Shown here: in pieces, positions 15,854 through 21,115 of the stretch | Position numbering within the stretch: position 1 is the stretch's first letter | Layout of the letters: each line of letters begins with the position of its first letter | Origin: Methanocellales archaeon | Lineage (GTDB): Archaea > Halobacteriota > JAWCLZ01 | Assembly: GCA_038850285.1 (NCBI GenBank) | Contig: JAWCMA010000004.1 | Coordinates: forward strand, 34,586 to 55,700 | DNA length: 21,115 nt | Reading direction: 5' to 3' | Position numbers and translations under genes: made by a program | Notes under the pieces: generated by a model | The model's input: the letters and a program-made list of their open reading frames with translations, nothing else | Databases searched by the model: none | Told to the model about the DNA's origin: nothing

Positions 15854-16777
15854 TCATTCCCCTCTTGAGAAATATAGAAAGGCATCTTCAATACTTGGCT
15901 CTAGAGTTTTAATACCTATGATTTTAGCGTAGTTCTCCACGATTTTAAGCACCCTTGCTATATCTTCATCGCTGGTGTAGAGCACCGAGATTTCACCATC
16001 CTCTAGCGAAGCTGTTAAACCAAGTTCTCGCTTCACTGCCTCTGCAATTCTATCTTGATTTCCACTTGCTCTCAGCACGAGCTTTCTACCCCTGGGAATT
16101 TGCTTCTTCACCTCGCTTGGTTTTCCCTCAGCGATCAATCTCCCATTCCTAAGGAACCCTAGATAGCTGCAGTGCTCAGCTTCATCCATGTGGTGAGTGG
16201 TAACCACTAGGGAGGTGCCCTCTTCATTGAGTTTCCTGAAGTAATCCCAGAAGAAAAGCCTCATTTGAGGATCTATGCCTATGGTTGGCTCATCTAGTAA
16301 AAGGAGTTCTGGCTTATGCACCAGTGCGCAAGCTAGGGAGAGCCTCTGCTGCATTCCCCCGCTTAGATTTCCAGCTAGCATTTTCCTCCATCTCTCCAGT
16401 TCAACGAGCTTTAAAACCTCTTGAATTGCATTTTTCTTTCTCTCCCCCTGTAATCCAAAGATGGAGGCGAAGAAGGAGAGGTTCTCTTCCACCGTTAAAT
16501 CTAGGTAAAGCGCTCTCCGCTGGGTCATGTAGCCTATTCTATGGCTCACTCTTCGGTAGTTGGCTATTGCTTCATCTAATATGTAGATCTCTCCCCTCGT
16601 TGGCTTGAGCAAGCCGCAGATCATTCTTATCAGCGTGGTTTTCCCGGAGCCATTTGGGCCTAGCAAGCCATAGTTCTCCCCTCGCTTTATCCTCAAGTTT
16701 AAATGATCAATTGCCACTACACCTGGGAATTCTTTAACCAGTTCTCGAGTTTCTATGACATACTCCAATGCATTCAC
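15854..16777 (-). CDS. ABC-2 type exporter ATP-binding protein
   Basis: GPNGSGKT, LSGGMQQR, LLLDEPT and TTH. Confidence 0.95.
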   Translation of the reverse strand: MNALEYVIETRELVKEFPGVVAIDHLNLRIKRGENYGLLGPNGSGKTTLIRMICGLLKPTRGEIYILDEAIANYRRVSHRIGYMTQRRALYLDLTVEENLSFFASIFGLQGERKKNAIQEVLKLVELERWRKMLAGNLSGGMQQRLSLACALVHKPELLLLDEPTIGIDPQMRLFFWDYFRKLNEEGTSLVVTTHHMDEAEHCSYLGFLRNGRLIAEGKPSEVKKQIPRGRKLVLRASGNQDRIAEAVKRELGLTASLEDGEISVLYTSDEDIARVLKIVENYAKIIGIKTLEPSIEDAFLYFSRGE

Positions 16778-17832
16778 CTTCGCTTGGTTAAAATATATAA
16801 ATATAAAATTAATAGTGCTGCTACCAAAGTAGCTATATCTAATCCCGGTATTTGAGCTGCTTTTTCTTGGGTTTCTATGTAGAAGTATGCGTGGTCTCGA
16901 AGTTCATTGCCATAGGGATCGTAAAATTTTAATTCAAGCTTCATTTGATAGCTCTTGCCAGGTAGAGCATCTTTATCTACATCGATTTTATAAACTAGCT
17001 CCCTTGCCTCACCTGGTTTTAACTCGGCAATTGGTGACTCAGCTGAGTCAACATATATACCAGGCGCTGGTCTGAGCATTGCCACTAAATCCCTAGCGCT
17101 CTCACTGCCTTTATTCTTAAGCTCTACCCAAATCAAGTTATCCTCTGAAGCTACCTTAAAACTAGAAGGCCTGACTTCTACCACTTCGAACTCAGCTTTA
17201 GCCTCTTGAGCTATCTTAAGCTTGAGGGTTATATTCTTAGATGCTTGATCATACCAGTAGTAAATATTAGGGGCATTTGGATTCTCATAATTTTCCTCCA
17301 CAGCTACATCTCGCTGAAAATCATAGGTTAGGCTTAAAATCAATTCATATTCCCCTAGGGGTGCGTTATCCTCTACTTCGATTTTAAATGGAATGGGCGT
17401 GCTTGCTAATCCAGATCTAAGTGTACCTGCAAAGGCAGTATTAGCCTTCAATTTATAAGGATCACTTTGATTCCCCTTATTCAGCGTTAGCACTATTGAA
17501 AAGGCAGTTGTGGCTTCATTTTCAAGCTGCTGCTCCTTCTGAGCAGCTATTACCTCGGCTTGCTTGCTTGCATTCGCTTGCTTGTTTACCTCGAATTTCT
17601 CAAGCTTGCCACTGTTTAAAAGCGTTATATATAAAATCGCATGCTCCCCGGGTTCGAATTCATTTTGCTGTAAAGTTGCATTTAAATTCGGCTTCCCAGT
17701 TACATCGTAGTAATCATTGAGGAATTTATCTAAGTTTTGAGGAATAGCTTGAGCTTGAACTTGAACTTGAACAATGAGAAAAAGTAGAATTAGCAGTGTA
17801 TATATAATTCGATTCATATTTTCACTTCTCAT
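16774..17832 (-). CDS. COG1361-like S-layer-domain surface protein with PGF-CTERM-like C-terminal anchor
   Basis: Signal peptide, two Ig/CARDB-like beta domains (LKNKGSESARDL...ELKPGE), and C-terminal IPGL + TM helix + KRR. Co-oriented with and overlapping the ABC ATPase gene. Confidence 0.75.
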   Translation of the reverse strand: MRSENMNRIIYTLLILLFLIVQVQVQAQAIPQNLDKFLNDYYDVTGKPNLNATLQQNEFEPGEHAILYITLLNSGKLEKFEVNKQANASKQAEVIAAQKEQQLENEATTAFSIVLTLNKGNQSDPYKLKANTAFAGTLRSGLASTPIPFKIEVEDNAPLGEYELILSLTYDFQRDVAVEENYENPNAPNIYYWYDQASKNITLKLKIAQEAKAEFEVVEVRPSSFKVASEDNLIWVELKNKGSESARDLVAMLRPAPGIYVDSAESPIAELKPGEARELVYKIDVDKDALPGKSYQMKLELKFYDPYGNELRDHAYFYIETQEKAAQIPGLDIATLVAALLILYLYILTKRR

Positions 17833-17850
17833 CGCTTAAATGAATAGCCT

Positions 17851-17886
17851 AACAATATTTAAATTTGTTTACAATTACAATTACAA
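17851..17886. promoter_or_regulatory. Divergent promoter region: AACAA-ATTTAAAT-TTGTT inverted repeat followed by (TTACAA)x3
   Basis: Inverted repeat at 17851-17869. TTACAA at 17869, 17875 and 17881. Confidence 0.5.
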
Positions 17887-17941
17887 TATCCTCCATTAGA
17901 AGCATTCAAGAACTCCTATTGCATATTAGAACTGAGGTAAA

Positions 17942-18670
17942 ATGTGGATAAATTATCTCAAGAAGCCTGAGTTTAAAAATCCAGTTGCAATTGCTGCTTC
18001 ACCTGGGCTTAGATCTGTGGGTAAAATTGCTATCGAATATCTCCTTAAAAAGCTCCCTTGCGAGCTAATCGTGGAGATTCGCTCTCCTCATTTTGCAGTG
18101 CAGTATATAGGTCCTAGTTACTTTGGAACTATTGGAAGCACAGGGGTTAAAGTGGAAAGAGGCTTGATATCTCTTCCCAAGATAGAGATCTATGCTTTAA
18201 ACAAGCGTGAGATAGTAATAGTAAGGGGATATCAAGCTGAATACGACCCAAGCGATCCCAGCTCGGTTAAAGGTCCATTTCAAGCTGCAGCTTGCACGAT
18301 TGAACTCCTCCAAGAGCTTAGGGTTAAAAGAATATTTATACTCGCTAGCCATGGTACTCGTGGAAAGAGAATCTTCTGCGCTGCTACTCATAAGCATTTG
18401 ATAGAGGAGTTGAGTAAATATGGCATTGAAAAGCGAGAACCAGGGGAGTTCTATGGCTACTCCGCGCTTCTCCTTGGATTCGCTAAGCTCACTGGATTAG
18501 AGGGAATTTGCCTATTCAGCGAGACATTTCCTGATTTCGAAGACCTTGAAACTCCAGACTTCGATGCTGCGAAGCGAGTTTTGGATATGCTCAAGCAGTT
18601 GATTGGAATTGAGCTTGATACGAGGGAGCTCGCTGGGAAGGTCGAGAGGCCGCCGGATTACTATGTTTAA
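17942..18670 (+). CDS. PAC2-family proteasome assembly chaperone homologue (PbaA/PbaB-like) with C-terminal HbYX motif
   Basis: PGLRSVGKIA..YL, G.SALLLG.AK..GLEGICLFSET, PD..AAK.VL..L...IG; ends in YYV (hydrophobic-Tyr-X). Confidence 0.85.
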   Translation: MWINYLKKPEFKNPVAIAASPGLRSVGKIAIEYLLKKLPCELIVEIRSPHFAVQYIGPSYFGTIGSTGVKVERGLISLPKIEIYALNKREIVIVRGYQAEYDPSDPSSVKGPFQAAACTIELLQELRVKRIFILASHGTRGKRIFCAATHKHLIEELSKYGIEKREPGEFYGYSALLLGFAKLTGLEGICLFSETFPDFEDLETPDFDAAKRVLDMLKQLIGIELDTRELAGKVERPPDYYV

Positions 18671-18703
18671 ATGTTAAATGTTAAGTAAATGTTAAATGTT
18701 TAA
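18663..18703. repeat. ATGTTAA heptamer tandem repeat (about 5 units) in a convergent terminator region
   Basis: ATGTTTAA ATGTTAA ATGTTAA GTAA ATGTTAA ATGTTTAA, followed by the palindrome AAAAGCTTTT. Confidence 0.8.
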
Positions 18704-18717
18704 AAAGCTTTTTCACT

Positions 18718-19482
18718 TTATCTCGCGGTTATGGCTCTTGCGATAGTGAATAATATATCTCCATATATGATGGCTGCGAAGAAGCCAGCTGTAATGGAAA
18801 GCATAAAGGGCAAGCCAGGGGTTACCCAGACTCTATCCTCTATTTTTCCCTCTCGAATAAGTTCCTCTAGATATTTAATCACCTTTTCATCAATCACTAT
18901 GCCTCCTCGCTTGAATTTCCTCACCATCGCGCCATTTTTAAGCTCGTGGTTCTCTAGGAGCCTTAAATGTTTATTTGCAAGTTCTGAAACCCTGCATTTA
19001 TAGCCAATGAAGAGATAGAGGGGCTTTTCCTTAATTTCCTGCAAACTTAGAACTCGCAGGTTATAAATGAATAGCCCAATTGGCACAACTATGGTTAAAA
19101 TAACTGCATTTCCAAAGGTGCTAAAAGCAAAGAGATTTAAAATTGGAGTACCGCTGAGGGGGAGCATAAGGGAATTGAATTTAAGAGTGGGGAAACTTGG
19201 GATTAAGAGCGAGATTGCAATAAGTGCTTTGGCATCTGCCCCTCCAAATGCCCCTAGGTGGAATAATATATATGCGAAGAGGAAAATCAGCGAGGTTGAA
19301 AAAAAGAGCTTGAAGAGCGAGAGCAAGCCACTTTGGGTTAAATCGTAGAAGGCAAATATCCCAGCGAATATAGCGAGAATCAGCCAGACTTTGTTGGATA
19401 CCCTGCGCGTTTTCCAGTCAGAGATGCAGGAGTAGAGTAGAAAAGGCGTGCAAATGGCGATGCGCAGGAGGTCAGCGATCAT
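18718..19482 (-). CDS. Archaeal prepilin/prearchaellin peptidase (A24; FlaK/PibD type)
   Basis: Catalytic Asp motifs SDWKTRRV and GGADAK, C-terminal WVTPGLPF, multi-TM. Close to a pilin gene. Confidence 0.92.
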   Translation of the reverse strand: MIADLLRIAICTPFLLYSCISDWKTRRVSNKVWLILAIFAGIFAFYDLTQSGLLSLFKLFFSTSLIFLFAYILFHLGAFGGADAKALIAISLLIPSFPTLKFNSLMLPLSGTPILNLFAFSTFGNAVILTIVVPIGLFIYNLRVLSLQEIKEKPLYLFIGYKCRVSELANKHLRLLENHELKNGAMVRKFKRGGIVIDEKVIKYLEELIREGKIEDRVWVTPGLPFMLSITAGFFAAIIYGDILFTIARAITAR

Positions 19483-20161
19483 ATTCTAAATTATTCTCCA
19501 CCAGCGACTTCAAAGTTATGCTTCGAGCTAGGAATTCTCTATCCATTGAAAACCTCTCTCTATAGCTAGCACAGCCTTTCTTCACCACGAGTTCATATTC
19601 ACCGGTTACGAGTTTGAATGAAGCCATTCCATGAGGCGTGGTGAGATCAGCTTGAACTTTTTTCTTTCCACTGTAGACTTCGACTAAGCAATTTGGAACG
19701 GGCAAGCCACTGGTATCTAAAACGCTAAGCTGAAGGCGAGCAATTCTATGCGTTCCAACTTTCACCCTTGGAGTTTCTTCCTTCTCTATTTCTATTGATT
19801 CAAGCAGATGCTTGCTTGCCTCCTTGCAAGCGCGCTTTACCTCAGCTAAAATCAAATTTGTATCTGCAAGGGGCTTTGTTACAATTGCTAGGAGTGCTCG
19901 GGAGTTAACCCAGCTGGCAAATATCTTGCAGTCATCTTGAGCAATTACCACTTCATCCACGCATCCATTTTTTATTTTCTCAATGGCAATGCGCGCCGCA
20001 TAGTGCAATAGCTCAAGAGCATGTGAAGAGCTGCATTTTGAGGATAATTCATAACTTAAAAGGGCTCCATCTCTAAGTAGAAATGCACTTGCCAAGATAG
20101 AGTTATTGAAATTCAACGCCTTAAGGGTCTCCCTCAGTTTTTCACTTTGCATTTGCATCAT
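19472..20161 (-). CDS. Roadblock/LC7 (MglB-like) domain fused to a C-terminal beta-sandwich (carboxypeptidase-regulatory/prealbumin-like) domain
   Basis: N-terminal ILASAFLLRDGALLS...VDEVVI...LLAIVTK...NLILAEVKRA (Roadblock pattern). C-terminal VLDTSGLPVPNCLVEV...T..HG.ASF.L..GEYEL.V.K (beta-sandwich pattern). Overlaps the peptidase start by 11 bp. Confidence 0.65.
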   Translation of the reverse strand: MMQMQSEKLRETLKALNFNNSILASAFLLRDGALLSYELSSKCSSSHALELLHYAARIAIEKIKNGCVDEVVIAQDDCKIFASWVNSRALLAIVTKPLADTNLILAEVKRACKEASKHLLESIEIEKEETPRVKVGTHRIARLQLSVLDTSGLPVPNCLVEVYSGKKKVQADLTTPHGMASFKLVTGEYELVVKKGCASYRERFSMDREFLARSITLKSLVENNLEYDR

Positions 20162-20278
20162 AATCTCAAGCTAATAAAATAATTAAAATCATATGTAATA
20201 AATCTTTCCATATATCTCAAATATAGGCAAATTTTTAGTATATAAATCTAAAATTTACATTTTTTTTAAAAGAATATG

Positions 20279-20325
20279 CGAAAAATATATATACTATTAT
20301 CATCATAATGATGTAGCTAGAGGTG
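20279..20325 (+). promoter_or_regulatory. BRE/TATA promoter with palindromic operator CATCATAATGATG and RBS
   Basis: CGAAAAA (BRE, 20279), TATATATA (20286), palindrome at 20301-20313, GAGGTG RBS at 20320-20325. Confidence 0.7.
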
Positions 20326-20332
20326 GTTAAAA

Positions 20333-20503
20333 GTGATCGACATCATTCACGCTCAGACCGTGCTTGCCAGAGAAGACCTTGAGCGACTTAAGAAGAAGTC
20401 AGGCATTTCAGAGACGAAGAAAGCTCTTCAAGCAGCGGTTGATCACTACCTCAAATGCAACTGTATAGATGAGGTAAAAAAAGAAAAAGGAGAGGTGAAA
20501 TAG
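20333..20503 (+). CDS. Small DUF5371-like protein (56 aa; missed by the ORF track)
   Basis: GTG start after a GAGGTG RBS: MIDIIHAQTVLAREDLERLKKKSGISETKKALQAAVDHYLKCNCIDEVKKEKGEVK*. HAQTVL...LKKK.G...TK.AL..AV.HYL.C matches DUF5371 as I recall it. Its 3' end holds the pilin RBS. Confidence 0.8.
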   Translation: MIDIIHAQTVLAREDLERLKKKSGISETKKALQAAVDHYLKCNCIDEVKKEKGEVK

Positions 20504-20506
20504 GAT

Positions 20507-20935
20507 ATGAAGAAGTATAGCTTGAGATTAAAGAAGAGCGAGGAGGCAGTTTCGCCAGTAATAGGCGTGATCCTAATGGTAGCGATCACCGTGATACTGG
20601 CAGCAGTGATAGCAGCCTTCGTCTTTGGAATGGGACCGCCTAAGAGCGCACCGGATATACACTGGAGCAACATAGAAGCTAATACCACTTGTGTTCGCGG
20701 TGTAGCAGTTGGAACAGCAACTGTTAGTGACACTGATTTAGCTGTTTCTATAAATGGTGCTTCGCCAATATCCGCTGATAACATCACGCCAGATTCAATT
20801 TCAGCAGGTAATATGACATACTTCTATAGCGGTACAACATTTACTGTTGGACAAGAAGTGCGCATAACAGTTGTACACAAGCCAACAGGTCAAATCCTAG
20901 CAGATGTTACAGTGAGAGCAAAGAGCTCATTCTAA
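20507..20935 (+). CDS. Archaeal type IV pilin (Pilin_N/DUF1628)
   Basis: Class III signal peptide KKSEEA|VSPVIGVILMVAITVILAAVIAAFVFG. N-glycosylation sequons NTT, NIT and NMT. GGAGAGGTG RBS. Confidence 0.95.
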   Translation: MKKYSLRLKKSEEAVSPVIGVILMVAITVILAAVIAAFVFGMGPPKSAPDIHWSNIEANTTCVRGVAVGTATVSDTDLAVSINGASPISADNITPDSISAGNMTYFYSGTTFTVGQEVRITVVHKPTGQILADVTVRAKSSF

Positions 20936-20944
20936 ATGAATAAT

Positions 20945-20990
20945 ATTTTTCTTAATTTTGTTTTATTTTACTAAAATTTTTAATTTTTTT
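20945..20990 (+). terminator. Oligo-T terminator after the pilin gene
   Basis: Multiple T4-T7 tracts immediately downstream of the stop codon. Confidence 0.65.
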
Positions 20991-21001
20991 ATCAAAAATT
21001 A

Positions 21002-21046
21002 CGAAAACTATTTATAGTTTTCATTGCATAATGATGTAGTCAGAGG
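21002..21046 (+). promoter_or_regulatory. Second promoter with the same architecture and CATAATGATGTAG motif
   Basis: CGAAAA (21002), TATTTATA (21009) and CATAATGATGTAG (21027-21039), with the same spacing as the 20279 promoter. Confidence 0.7.
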
Positions 21047-21090
21047 CAGAAATTTACGCGAAAAATAATATAAAAGAGGTGAAATGAAAC

Positions 21091-21115
21091 GTGAAGTTTA
21101 AGTTTTTGGGAAATG
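21091..21115 (+). CDS. Start of a gene running off the window, possibly a second pilin
   Basis: GAGGTGA RBS at 21076-21082 and GTG at 21091 give MKFKFLGN..., compatible with a class III signal peptide. Only 8 codons are visible. Confidence 0.35.

Noticed and set aside
483-20787. Remaining short ORFs in the track (e.g. 483-665, 489-701, 1917-2177, 3672-3971, 4138-5037 minus, 8740-9118, 10513-11478 plus, 16285-16608, 18731-19348, 20446-20787)
   Set aside because: All lie antisense to or out of frame within well-supported genes and show no recognisable motifs.
21084-21101. Mini-ORF ATG AAA CGT GAA GTT TAA (MKREV*)
   Set aside because: It is too close to the GAGGTGA RBS. The GTG at 21091 has better spacing and stays open to the window end.
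1-21115. tRNA/rRNA genes, integrases or intact transposases
   Set aside because: I recognised none by eye. A tRNAscan-SE/Infernal run would be needed to exclude small RNAs formally.

Overview
Archaeal chromosomal window, probably Halobacteriota (methanogen/ANME/alkane-oxidiser-like). This rests on GAGGTG/GGAGG ribosome-binding sites, TATA/BRE promoters, a DUF7123-like protein, a PAC2 chaperone and archaeal type IV pilins. From left to right it holds: a phosphate module (phoU-pstS-pstC-pstA, minus strand); a Cys-rich V4R/MetOD1-like protein; hisA and a hisB with a degenerate active site; and a decaying zone at about 5450-7810. That zone contains a frameshifted SRPBCC pseudogene, an AdoMetDC-like pyruvoyl proenzyme, a roughly 178-bp orphan IS200/IS605 right end (TnpB omegaRNA-like), and a deleted, fused nurA-herA pseudogene. 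Next come an intact mre11 and a rad50 that lacks the CxxC zinc hook but has an N-terminal PIP-box-like peptide, two half-size TauE genes sharing a perfect 40-bp patch, a GNAT-RLAN-RimK ATP-grasp operon, an ABC-2 exporter with a COG1361 surface protein, and PAC2. The window ends with a type IV pilin locus (prepilin peptidase, Roadblock fusion, a 56-aa DUF5371-like gene missed by the ORF track, pilin) whose two promoters share a palindromic operator-like motif. The best leads are the pilin-locus operator/small regulator, the orphan omegaRNA element, the remodelled Mre11-Rad50 without NurA-HerA, and the degenerate HisB. All family calls come from motif recognition by eye; no searches were run.
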